Positions 36,714-48,487 of a stretch of DNA of 64,000 bases are shown one piece after another (the stretch's first letter is position 1; the number at the start of each line of letters is the position of its first letter). Under the pieces are notes generated by a model. It was given only the letters and a program-made list of their open reading frames with translations. It had not been told where the DNA came from and did not search any database. Source of the stretch: Azolla caroliniana (Eukaryota > Plantae > Polypodiophyta); the NCBI GenBank assembly GCA_043228905.1, contig JBHGNT010000002.1, positions 5,146,001-5,210,000 on the forward strand. The letters run 5' to 3'. The translations under genes and the position numbers were made by a program.

Positions 36714-39700
36714 ATGATGGGGTCGGATCTCGCGGAAGCCATGGCTTCGGCTATGGATCAGATAGTGAGTGCGCGCGAAGGCGCAGGCGCCCTCGATAGG
36801 GCTATTGAAGCGGTCGTCGGCACGAAAGGCCAGTTTGGTGGAAAGGACGCCATGAGCTATTTGGAGGCCTACCAGGCTGAGATGGTAATGAGAGACATTC
36901 CGGAAGAAAGGCGACTGACTAGGTTCCCTCGGGTGGCGATGTCGGGCATCCATGCGGAGGTGCTCGAGGTACGGGCTGAGAGCCGGACCTGGGAGGAGTT
37001 TGAAGAACGGCTCCTCGAAAAATACGTGCTTGATGACGCGCTTCGGCTCTCGAAACGGGACTTCATGGAATGGGTAGAGACCCCTGAAAAAGGGAGAAAC
37101 GCGTCAGTGCTCCTCCGGGAGTTTGAAGAACGCTTCGCGCGTCTTTCGGCGCTCGACCGGACCGTACTAGACACAAATTGTGTCCTGTTGTTCGTTAAGT
37201 CGGTGGATGCGAGGGACTGGGAGCAAGTCGATGACGGGCTGACGGCCGACTGGGCCGTGGTGAAGAGAATCTGTATCCGTTTCGACAAACGACGAGATTG
37301 GGTCGATAAAGGGTCAACAGGGGCGGGCTCTGTAGTAGCAAGGAAACTCGAGCCAACCCCGCCAGCGCGAAGGGAAGAGACCCGAGACTGGCTCGAGACC
37401 AGATCGACTTCGACTGGCATGGTCAAAGGCTCGTACGGAGGAGCAGCTCTAGAGGAGCTGACTAGGATGGTAAAGGACCTCTAGATTGCATAGGCACAGA
37501 GGGACGACGACGAACAGGCCCGTGACCGAAGGCCTCTGGTTGGAAACCGGTGTTTGTGGTGCGACGCAGTCGGCCATGTCCGGAAGGACTGCGAGGACTT
37601 TGCCGAGGCAATGAGAGCCAACGTGGTGTACCTATGGAACGGTCGGGTGCACGCTAGCGAGACCCGAAGGGCCCTGGACCTGAATGTCGGACGAGGGGGT
37701 ATGAAACGGCTGATGGAAGAAGCGGCGGCTCGCCACGCGGAGACCGTCGACTACTCGGCGTCGGCTGGGATCCGGGTCGGAGATGGTGAGGCTCGGAAGT
37801 CGAACGAAGCCGGATTTTGGCCGCTGAGTCTGGAAGGCCTTGCCAGCGCATGACTAAGGAAAGAAGAAACGGACCGCGCGGAAAAACGGGTCCGGGAGGT
37901 AACCGGGTGGAGCGACCTAGTCGAAGAGAAGATGGGCTTCGTTGAAACCGCATGCCAGAACTACGAGGCTTTGGTGGAAGACAAGCGAGTAGGTAAAACC
38001 GGAGGGGCCGGGCCCTGGCAACGGTACGAGACCCGATTCGGTCAAAGGCATAATGAGGCCGGTGCGACCGGTGCACCGGATAAAGCCAAGAAGGTCGGGT
38101 ACCGGTTGAGCACGGTAATCGAAAGGACCACGGACCTGCGAAAGGTCCTGGAGGAACGTATCCTCAACAGCAAAGTGGAGCTGTCGCTGAGGGAAGTGCT
38201 CGGGATCGCCAAGAAGGAGTTCCACGCCTCCATCGTAGACTTGGTGAAGAGGAAGAGGCTGTCGACAGAGCCAGAGCTGGAGAGGCCGGTGGAAGTGCGA
38301 ACGACGCACATAGAGGACATGGCGCTAGAAGACGAGTTGGCCGAAAGCCACTATTTGAGGCCGCACTGGGCCAGAGCGACCACGGAGACCCCTGTTAAGA
38401 TCGGGGATGTCCAGGAGCCGGTGGTGGCGTTGGTGGACCACGGTTCAGAAATCAACTTGATGTCCATGGACTTCTACAAAAGGGGGAAATGGCCGATCAA
38501 CACCAAACACGGTTGGAAAATACGGGCAGCGACGCGCGCCACGGAAGAACTACATGGAGCCTGCCCGAACGTACGGGTGAAAATCGGCGATGTCGAGATC
38601 AACCAGCACTTCTTCGTGCAGGAGACGTCCTCACATCCGGTTATACTAGGAGAACCATACATCACGGCGGCACGGATGGAGACCAAGGTGTTGGACAATG
38701 GTTCGGCCTATGCATTAGTCAAGAGCCAGGACGGGCGTCACTCGGTCCAGTTCCTGACGGTGCGACCAAACCATGAGCGTAACCGCGAGACCCTCGGTGG
38801 CGAAACCCGAGGGGATTTTTAGAGAGGGCTATCAAGGCGTGGGGCCGCGATAGTCCGGACACCCCGGAAAATCCCCACAAATGTACAGTACGGAAGAAGA
38901 CCTGTACCATAGGTAGGAAATTTTGGTTCTACGACAACGAAGGTTGTACTATGGCTGGGAAAGGAAGCGAGCGGAGGAGCGGCTTAGCGGATGTGGAGTC
39001 CTCTCCCCCGACGAAGAGATCAGCGGCGCCGTGGAGGCGGTCTCTTTTGACAACACCTTGGGTGAGTTGCGAAAGGTGATCAGTGAAGACCTTAGAGAAG
39101 ACCGGACCGTTCCTGTAGGTTCGATGGGAATGTACGAAGTCATCACGGACTTCGGGGAAAGGATCGGGTCGGATCAGATGGCCCGCGTGAGTACAAAGTA
39201 CAAGACTGTGGACCGGAAAGTAAGGCCGGTCGCGGCACCCTTACCGGAGGGCATCGAGGAGCGGATAAAAGGGGTCGCGTCAGACCCAAGTTTACGGAAT
39301 CCGGATGGCATAGGGCGACATAACGCTACGGGAGCTCAAGGTCGGTGGGGGTGGCTTTCTACTACTGGCAGAGGAGAACATGTTTCGGAGAATGCTCGGA
39401 AGGCATGGGAAAGCCTTCGCGTTCTCATCGGAGGAGATCGGGTGCGTAGACCCGACGATCGTCGAACTGATAGTGATCTTCACGGTACCGCATGTACTGT
39501 GGAATCTCAAACCGATTCTGGTGCCGAGAGCTCACATCCCGAAGTTGATGGAGCTTTTGAAGCAAAAGGTGGAGATGGGCATCCTCGAACCGTCGAGTGC
39601 CCCGTATTCGAATCGGTGGTTTACGGTGCCGAAGAAGAACGGCACGCTGCGCTTCATTTAGGACCTGCAACCGGTCAACAAGGTGACCATCCGTAATGTA

Positions 39701-42281
39701 GGAATCAGACCGACCATAGACGAGTTCGCGGAGGCCTTCGCTGGGAGGTCGATCTATTCGGTTGGTGACTTATACTCGGGGTACGACCAGTTCCAGCTAG
39801 GTGTGGAGAGCAGGGATATCACGACGATGCGAACCCCTCTCGGCCAAGTACGGATGTGTACCTTACCACAAGGCAGGACGAACTGGGTGGCGCATATGGT
39901 GAACGAAATGAACAAGGCACTGAGGGACTGCATCCCGAACATCACCATGCCATTCTTGGACGACATCCCGATAAAGGGGTGTCCGGTGAAAGATGCGGAC
40001 GAGACTGTCGGGCCGGACGGATGCCGAAGGTTCGTCATGAACCACATCAAGGACTGCGAGAAGGTGCTGCAGAGGTTCGAGGGCGCACGACTCACCTTGT
40101 CCGGAGGAAACTCGGCGTTCGGGCAGTCAGAGATCTTGGTGGTCGGACACCTGTGTGGGCCTTACGGTAGGAAACCATCTCCGGCAAAGATAGAAGCCAT
40201 CTCTGCGATGAAGTACGATTGCGGATCGGTTACGGAGTTTGGAGATTCTTGGGGGCATGCACGTTCTACCATATCTAGATCCCGCATTATGCAAACGTCG
40301 CGGAGCCGCTATATGGGTTGCCGAAGAAAGGGCGTAAATTCGAGTGGGGAGATGAGCATACAGAGTCAGTCCGAAAGATGAAGGAAGCACTTGCCACGGC
40401 ACCGGCGCTCCGAAAGGCTATCTACGGCAAAGACACTCCGATTTACGTAACCATAGACATGAGTCCGACCGGGATCGGATGGGTGGTCAACCAAGAGGAC
40501 GACGTTGGCACGAGGTTCCCCATCCGGTTCGACGCGAAGGTCCTCAATGAGCGACAGCGAGGATACGCCCAGGTTAAACGCGAACTCTGGGGTATCGTTT
40601 TGGCGGTGAAGGTCGATAAAGACTACCTGATCGGGACAGAGGTAATAATCGAGACGGACTGCTTGCCGATTCTCGGCATGGTTTCTGATGCGCGACGCCG
40701 GACTTGGCAATGCTCAGGTGGATAACGTACATCAAGTCCCTGAATCCAGAGATACGACACATTTTCGGAAAAGACAATGCCATGGCCGACATGCTCTCAA
40801 GGGCGAGGTTCGAAAACGAGGACGACATGGTTTCGGAGGACGAGGAAGTCGGCGTAGATTTCTTCGAGGCGGCATATGTGACGACCAGAAAGGGGAGCAC
40901 TCCAGCGCTTAACGAATTCGACGAGAGCAAGTATGACGGGGAGTGGCTCCAGATCGGCGGGCTCTTAAAAACAATGACACCGGACGCGATGTGGACAAAG
41001 GAAGAGACCAACCAGATTCGGAAGAAAGCGTACCGATTCTTCCTTCGGGACGGGTACATATGGAAGCACCCGAAGAAGAGGGATGGCATCCCGCTCCGAG
41101 TGGTGGCGAAGAAGGAGGAACAGGAGGAGTTGCTGGAGGCCTACCACGAGAGTCCTTGGGCCGGACACCGCGGAACGTGGGCCACGTTTGAAAAGCTAAA
41201 AGGGAAGTACTGGTGGTCGGGACTGTACCGGGACGTGCATCGGTTCGTGATGACTTGCGAAAGCTGTCAGATGCACTCCATAGTCTGACACCGGGACGAG
41301 CTTCGCCCGACCTACCCTCCGATCGTCCACTTCAATTGGATGGTGGATTTGATGACGATGCCGATGGGGGTAGGACAGATGCGGTATCTGGTGTTGGCTC
41401 GGGAGGATATGACGAACCAGGTTGAAGGACGAGCGTTGCAGAACAAAACGACATCGGCCGTGTGCCGGTTTCTGATAGAAGAAGTGATATGTCAGTACGG
41501 GAGCGTAGGAAAGATCGTGGCTGACCGCGGAGAGTTGGACGCGCATGAGGCTAAAGAGTTGTTTGACCAACTAGGGGTCAAACTCTCGCTCACCACAACG
41601 TACAATCTGGAGACTAACGGGAAGGTGAAGCGCGGACACGGGCCGATCGTCAAAGCGCTAGTACGGGCGTGTGAAGGCCAAGTCGGAAACTGGCCGTGAC
41701 TACTACCTTATGCCTTGTGGGCGGACCGAACTACGCACAATTCGGTAACCGGGTTCATGCCGGCAGAGCTTATGTATGGACAGAGCCCCATCATGCCACC
41801 AGAGCGAACCATCTCCTCATGGGCCACGGTGGACTGGAGAGATGAGATGAGCCGGGAGGAGCTGCTAGCGGCATGGATTTGACAGCTCGAGCGAAGGCCG
41901 GAGGACGTGGAACGAGCTGCGGAGAAGCTTCGGTTGGCAAGGTTGAAGAACAAAGGACGGTTTGACCGCACTCACCGACTGCGACCGAAGAAAATCGAGG
42001 ACGGCGACCGGGTCCTAGTGTATGACAAGAACCTCGACAACCAACACAGGGCAACGCGGAAGTTTGCAAGGAGGTGGTTCGGGCCTTACGTGGTGACAGG
42101 TGCCAACGACAACGGGACCTACCATCTTGCAGAGCTCGATGGCACGAGGATGGCAATACTGGTAGCGGGGAAGAGGGTCAAAGCGTTTAAGAAACGACAC
42201 GAGTGTGAGCCGGATCTGGAAAGCATGGACGACGACGACGGGCGGTCTGAGGCGGAGGACGAACCGGAAGACGAGGAGTAA
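36714..42281 (+). pseudogene. Gypsy A gag-PR (to 38822) and RT-RH-IN, with premature stops and frameshifts
   Basis: ORF fragments 36687-37484, 37554-37853, 37932-38822, 39380-39661, 39683-40381, 40318-40725, 40704-41288, 41340-41699 and 41907-42281 carry consecutive domains. Confidence 0.9.
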
Positions 42282-43475
42282 AGCATGGACCGGTTTTCTC
42301 CAGCAAGAGCCCAATTTTGGCGCATACCGATGGATGCGCGGTTAGGTGGGGGCGGATGTTGTGAAGAAAACCGTCCCTAGGCGGAAACTGAGTTTAGCGT
42401 GTGTAAACCGACCCTTACACGCGAGCACACTTTTCGTTGTACAGTAAGTAGGTAGGTACAAGTCGGCTGAGGTGAAATCCTAGGTAGCACACATGCAATA
42501 GGGAGAGAATCGAGGGGGGTATCTCTATCGAAAAGGACAAAGAATTAATATGATGTAACGGATGATAACGGCCTCCCTCCATGGGCTATAAAAGAGAGGG
42601 AGAGGAATGGAAAAGGGAGCGCGCGTGAGAGAGAGGACGAAGTGCTGCCGGACTGGGACCGAGCCCTTCTCCTTTGCCACTCTCCATAGCCATTTTTGTG
42701 CAAGTTTTCGGGAGGCTGACTTTGCTCCGTGGAACGCCCGTGTGCTTCCGGCAGAGCCTCCATCTCGCTCTTCTGTGTGTGAATGAACAGGCGTCGGTGT
42801 TCGCCTTGCCAGCCTGCTAGTTGTAACCGTCTCGATATATATATATATTTATATACATACGTTTTCGTGAAGAAAACTATCCACAAGCGGAATCGGTGCA
42901 CCGGAGCGTAGGAACCGGATCTTCATGCACGTGCGTCTTATGTGGTACATAGAAGATCCTAGGTAGGAAGTTAATGGGAAACGGCTCCTTTCTTGCCTAT
43001 AAAAGGAGAGAGACGAGGAGGAGTGGAAAAAAATCGCGGTTAGAGAGGACGAAGTGCTGTCGGGTTGTGGACCGAAGGCTTCTCTCTCTTCCATACTCCG
43101 TAGCTTCTTTCTGTGCAGGGTTTTGGGAGGCTCGCGCTGCTCTGAGGAATGCCCGAGTGCTTCCGGCAGCACCTCTAACCTACTCCTTTCTTTCTGAGCG
43201 TTTACGAATAGGCATCGGCATTTGTTCGCTGGCCTGTTCGGTTGTAACCGACTTCGTGCTTCTTGGTGTTTGTCCTTGTTAATATATATATATATACATT
43301 CGTGTCTCTCTGCGTCGTGTCCCACTCGCGTCTTTGTGTCGAAGGGCCGTGTCCCTGTGAATCTACGCCCACACGTAGTGGGTCCCTTCCCTTCTCCTTT
43401 GTCTCTTGCTCTTCGGTACAAGACCCCCGAGGCCCCGCCTCATTCCACACATCCGCGAGGAATACCTCGACATCT

Positions 43476-43493
43476 TGGTGAACCCGACGTGAA
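43476..43493 (+). promoter_or_regulatory. Primer binding site complementary to tRNA-Trp (gypsy B)
   Basis: TGGTGAACCCGACGTGAA, 3 nt after the LTR end. Confidence 0.85.
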
Positions 43494-44236
43494 AGAGGCG
43501 GCAGAAGAGCAGAAGATGAAGGGGTTGGATCTTGCAGAGGCCATGGCTTCGGCCGTGGATCGGATATTGAGCGCAGACGAGGGCACTGGCGCCCTTGACA
43601 GAGCCAATGAGGCGGTCGTCGGTACGATCGGCCGGTTCAGCGAAAAGGATGCCACGAAGTATTTGGCGTCCTACGGGGCAGAAATGCTGATGCGGGACAT
43701 TCCAGAAGAGAGGCGTATTGCTGGGTTCCCTCGAGTGGCGATGCCAAGCATCCATGCGGAGGTGCTCGAGGTACGGGCGGAGAGCCGTACCTAGGAGGAG
43801 TTCGAAGGCCGACTCCTAGAAAACTACGGGCTGGACGACGTGCTCCGGCTTTCGAAACGGGACTTCATGGAATGGGTGGAGTTCCCCGGCAAGGGAAGAA
43901 ACGCGTCGGCACTCCTCCGGGAGTTTGAAGAACGCTTTGCGCGCCTTTCGGTGCTTGACCGAACCATTCTGGATACGAGCCGGGTCCTACTGTTCGTCAA
44001 GTCGGTGGACGAGCGGGACCGGGATCAAGTCGGCTCCTTGCTGGAAACCGAAGACGGGCTGACGACCGTCTGGGCTGCGGTTAAGAGTCTTTGGCCATTT
44101 CGACAAACGGCGAGAATGGGCTGATAACGGGGCGGCCGGTGCGGGCTCTGTCACAACAAGGAGGCTTGAACCGGCACCGCAAGGGCGAAGGGTAGAAGCC
44201 CGGGAGTGGCTCGAAACCGGGTCGGCTCCGACCGGC

Positions 44237-45640
44237 ATGGTCAATGACTCATTCAGAGGAGCAGCGCTGGAGGAGTTGACGCGGGCGATAAAGGATCTCC
44301 AGATCGCCCAGACTCGAAGGGAAGGCGGCGAACGAGCTCGTGACCGACGACCGGTAGCAGGGAACAGGTGCATGTGGTGCGACGAGGTCGGCCACATTCG
44401 GAAGGACTGCGGCGATTTCGCAGAGGCGTTGAGGAACCGGGTGGTGTACCTATGGGAAGGCCGGGTGCACGCCGACGATACCAGAAGGGCCCTAAACCGG
44501 AACGACGGGGGAGGAGGTATGAAGAGACTGATGGAAGAGGCAGCATCCCGACACGTGGAGGCCATCCACTACTCGGCGTCGGCCGGTATTCGGGTCGGGG
44601 GCAGCGAGGCCCGAAAGGAGAGCAAAGACGGATTCTGGTCGGCAATGCTGGAAGGCCTCGCCGGCGCACGACTGAGGAAAGATGAAGCGGACAACGCTGA
44701 GAGACGGGTCCGGGAAATAACCGGGTGGAGCGACCCGGTCGAGGAGAAGACGAGCTTCGTAGAAGCCGCCTGCCGGAACTACGAGGCTCTGGTAGAAGAC
44801 AAACGAGTAGGGAAAGCCGGAGCGGCCGGGCCCTCACAACGATACGAGACCCGATTCGGGCAACGACGGAACGATGCCGGTGGGTCCAGCGCGCAAGATA
44901 ACCCCAAGAAGGGCGGATACCGACTAGGGACGGAAATAGAAAGGACCACGGACCTACGAAAGGTTCTAGAAGAACGGATCCTCGACAGCAAAGTGGAGCT
45001 GTCATTGCGGGAGGTGCTGGGGATCGCTAAGAAGGAGTTCCACGACTCCATTGTGGACTTGGTGAAGCGGAAGAGGCTGTCGACGGAGACGGAACCGGAA
45101 AGACCGGTGGAGGTATGGACGACGTACATCGACGACATGGCGCTGGAAGATGAGTGGGCGGGGAGCCACTATTCGAGGCCACATTGGGCCCGAGCGACCA
45201 CGGAGACCCCGGTAAAGATCGGAGATGTCCAAGAACCGGTGGTGGCACTGGTGGACCACGGTTCGGAAATAAACCTGATGTCCATGGACTTCTATAAGAA
45301 GGGAAAGTGGCCGATCAACACCAAGCACGGGTGGAAGATACAGGCGGCGACGCGCGTCACCGAGGAACTGCACGGGGCCTGCCAGAACGTGCGAGTCAAG
45401 ATCGGCGACGTCGAGATTGACCAGCACTTCTTCGTACAGGAGACGTCCTCGCACCCAGTCATATTAGGGGAACCATACATCACGGCGGCGCGAATGGAGA
45501 CCAAGGTGCTGAACAACGGTTCGGCCTACGCGAGGGTCAAAAGCCAGGACGGGCGCCATTCGGTCCAATTTATGACGGTGCGGCCGAACCATGAGCGAAA
45601 CCGCGAATCCCTCGGTGGCGAGAACCGGGAGGATTTTTAG
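44237..45640 (+). CDS. Gypsy B Gag C-terminus (zinc knuckle) + aspartic protease
   Basis: CMWCDEVGHIRKDC; ALVDHGSEINLM; VILGEPY; the upstream gag part is broken by a stop and a frameshift. Confidence 0.8.
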   Translation: MVNDSFRGAALEELTRAIKDLQIAQTRREGGERARDRRPVAGNRCMWCDEVGHIRKDCGDFAEALRNRVVYLWEGRVHADDTRRALNRNDGGGGMKRLMEEAASRHVEAIHYSASAGIRVGGSEARKESKDGFWSAMLEGLAGARLRKDEADNAERRVREITGWSDPVEEKTSFVEAACRNYEALVEDKRVGKAGAAGPSQRYETRFGQRRNDAGGSSAQDNPKKGGYRLGTEIERTTDLRKVLEERILDSKVELSLREVLGIAKKEFHDSIVDLVKRKRLSTETEPERPVEVWTTYIDDMALEDEWAGSHYSRPHWARATTETPVKIGDVQEPVVALVDHGSEINLMSMDFYKKGKWPINTKHGWKIQAATRVTEELHGACQNVRVKIGDVEIDQHFFVQETSSHPVILGEPYITAARMETKVLNNGSAYARVKSQDGRHSVQFMTVRPNHERNRESLGGENREDF

Positions 45641-46876
45641 AGAGGGCTGCCAAGGCATGGGGCCGAGACAGTCCGGACACTCGGGAAAGACCCCACAGCT
45701 GTACGATAGTACCGAAACCGAAGAAACCTTGTACGATAGGTAGAAAAATTTTCTTCTCCAACGACGGAGGGTGTATGATAGTCGGCATCGTTGGCCGAGA
45801 AAAGGCAAGGGCGGAGGAGCGACTTCGAGCGTGCGGAGTTCTCGCCCCAGACGAGGAAATCAGCAGAGCCGTGGAGGCGGTCTCCTTCGACGACACCTTG
45901 GGAATGTTGAGGGAGGTAGCCGGAGAAGACCTTAACGAAGACCAGACGATACCGGTATGTTCCGAAGAGATGTACGAAGTCATCGCGAACTTCAGTCAGG
46001 GGCTCGGGTCGGATCGGACGGCCCGGGTTAGCACGAAGTACAAGACGGTGGACCGGAAGGTAAGGCTAGTCGCGGCACCCTTACCGGAGGGCAGCGAGTC
46101 CCGAATCAGAGGGGTTGTAAACCGACCCTTACACGCGAGCACACTTTTCGTTGTACAGTAAGTAGGTAGGTACAAGTCGGCTGAGGTGAAATCCTTTCTT
46201 GCCTATAAAAGGAGAGAGACGAGGAGGAGTGGAAAAAAATCGCGGTTAGAGAGGACGAAGTGCTGTCGGGTTGTGGACCGAAGGCTTCTCTCTCTTCCAT
46301 ACTCCATAGCTTCTTTCTGTGCAGGGTCTCGGGAGGCTCGCGCTGCTCTGAGGAATGCCCGAGTGCTTCCGGCAGCACCTCCAACCTACTCCTTTCTTTC
46401 TGAGCGTTTACGAACAGGCATCGGCATCTGTTCGCTGGCCTGTTCGGTTGTAACCGACTTCGTGCTTCTTGGTGTTTGTCCTTGTTAATATATATATACA
46501 TACATTCGTGTCTCTCTGCGTCGTGTCCCACTCGCGTCTTTGTGTCGAAGGGCCGTGTCCCTGTGAATCTACGCCCACACATAGTGGGTCCCTTCCCTTC
46601 TCCTTTGTCTCTTGCTCTTCGGTACAAGACCCCCGAGGCCCCGCCTCATTCCACGCATCCGCGAGGAATACCTCGACCACGTGTTCATATACTCGGACTT
46701 CTAGTCGTCTCGTTTTGCTGTGTTGTTGGACTGTGATTCCTGTGTGCTCCCGTGTCTGTGTGTGTGCAAGTGCGTTTGTTGCCTTTTCGCTCTCCTCCTT
46801 CTCATCTATTTCTCGGACCAAGACCCCGGTGGTCCCGCCTCGTTCCCCATGCACGCGTGTAACAACGCGACAACGT

Positions 46877-48151
46877 TCACTTCCTCCGGACATAACCGAG
46901 CATTCATCAGGTACAAAGTGTTGAACTTCCGGGCCCGAGCCACAATCAAGCTCCCTTTGCTGAACTTCATAACACCGTTCCGAATGCTACCCGTGTAGCC
47001 TTCATCATCTAGCCGACCGGCTGATATCAGGTTCAGACGAACCTCCAGAACGTGTCGGACATCCTTCAGCAGCAGCTTGCATCCGGTTGGTGTTGTCAAC
47101 CACACGTCTCCTAGGCGACAATTCGGCATGTACCTTCATTCCCCATCCGGACACAGTCGTGATCACCGGCTGGGTAGGATGAGAAGCATTTCTGGTCCGG
47201 GGTAAGGTGGAACGACGCACTGGAGTCGACCACCCAGGTCATCTCGTCGCCGGCAAGGTTTAGCTCACTCTCCTCAGTGATGAGCATCAACTCTTCTTCA
47301 CTTGCCGCGATTGCCGTCGTTCCCTTCCGGTCCGTTCCCCTCCAGTCTTTACCGTTCCGGTCCGGTGTCCGCTTCGAATCGGTGCCATCAGTTTCCTTGT
47401 CTTTTCGGAAGTGCCGACATTTTTTCTGGAAGTGTCCCGGCTTGCCGCAATAGAAGTAGGTAGGCCTCCTCCTTGACTTTGACTGCGTCCCCGACTTCTC
47501 CTGGTTCTAGGGACTACGGTTCCTTTGTCTTCTGCGTTCCGATTCGGTAAGGAGCGCTTTGGAGTCGGAGCTCGTATCCTTATCTTTCTGATGCGCCTCC
47601 TCATCTAGAAAGCTCGACTTCATTCTTGCTAGGGATAACCGTTTTCCTTCCGGCCCGGTGTTGCCCAAGGTGACAACCAACGTCTCCCAGCTATCTGGGA
47701 GGGAACCGAGCAGGAGTAGTGCTAGTACCTCATCGGCGAGAGGTACTTCCAATGATGTTGCCTTGTGGATCAGCCCCTGGAAGGAATTCATGTGCTCCGC
47801 CATGCTAGAACCATATTGGTACCGGAGTCTTACTAGCTTCCGAAATACCGAAACCTTATTAACAACATTTTTGTTCTGAAACATAATGTCGATCTTCTCC
47901 CAGAGCTCATGAACCTTGCTCTCTTCATTGAAGTTGTTGTATAGACTTATGTCGATGAAGCACCGTATGTAAGCCGTTGTCTTCATGTGCATCACCTCCC
48001 ATATCGTGGCGTCGATTTTGTCCGGTCTCTTGTCCCCGAACTGAACTGGCAACCAAAGATCTTTAACCATGAGCATGTCCCTCATCGTCGACTTCCACAC
48101 GGAATAGTTGGAGCCGGTGAGCTTGAACATGCCTCCCAACGATTCGTCCAT
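46877..48151 (-). pseudogene. Copia X gag, zinc knuckle, protease
   Basis: MDESLGGMFKLTGSNYSVWK, LLLGSLPDSWETL, YCGKPGHFQKKC, WVVDSSAS, LKDVRHV...NLISAGRLD. Confidence 0.88.
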
Positions 48152-48451
48152 TTTTTGTGTCGTTTCGCTCTGATACCAATTTGACAGGAATACACACTCT
48201 CGATGAACAACGCTTGGCCACAACCGAGCCTAGGATCAAACACAGAAAACGGGTAATGAACACACGACACAATGAAGAGAAGAGTACACAGGATGTTAAC
48301 GTGGAAAAACCCAAACTAGGGAAAAACCACGGCAGCCCACAGAATGCAAACTATCACTATATCACAATGTACAATAGTAAAGCACCAAGGCAACGACCTC
48401 GAGCTTGCTATCTTCGCCATAGGCGGCGGTTACAACAGAGGCAATGACCTC

Positions 48452-48487
<36 letters not shown>

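Larger units (their letters stand above)
42863..46678 (+). mobile_element. Gypsy B: internally deleted relative of gypsy A, inserted in A's 3' LTR; 5' LTR 42863-43472, chimeric 3' LTR 46116-46678
   Basis: TSD ACGT at 42859-42862 and 46679-46682; PBS tRNA-Trp 43476-43493; gag-PR to 45640, homologous to A; truncated just before RT at ~46115; 46196-46678 matches the B 5' LTR. Confidence 0.92.
35967..46872 (+). mobile_element. Gypsy A: non-chromovirus Ty3/gypsy; 5' LTR 35967-36669, 3' LTR 42357-42862 + 46683-46872 (split by gypsy B)
   Basis: Matching LTRs TGTyrTGAAGAAAAC...CGCGACA; 4-bp TSD ATGT/ACGT (35963-35966, 46873-46876); PBS 36674-36690. Gag with CCHC CxWCDxVGHVRKDC, PR LVDHGSEINL, RT FLDDIPIKG, RNase H, integrase with GPY; PPT AGGTGGGGGCGGA ~42344-42356. 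Confidence 0.93.

Noticed and set aside
36090-46998. Many 100-250-aa antisense/overlapping ORFs in gypsy A/B and their LTRs as extra (env-like) genes
   Set aside because: Expected shadows of GC-rich coding sequence; their boundaries are not conserved between A and B and they carry no domain motifs.
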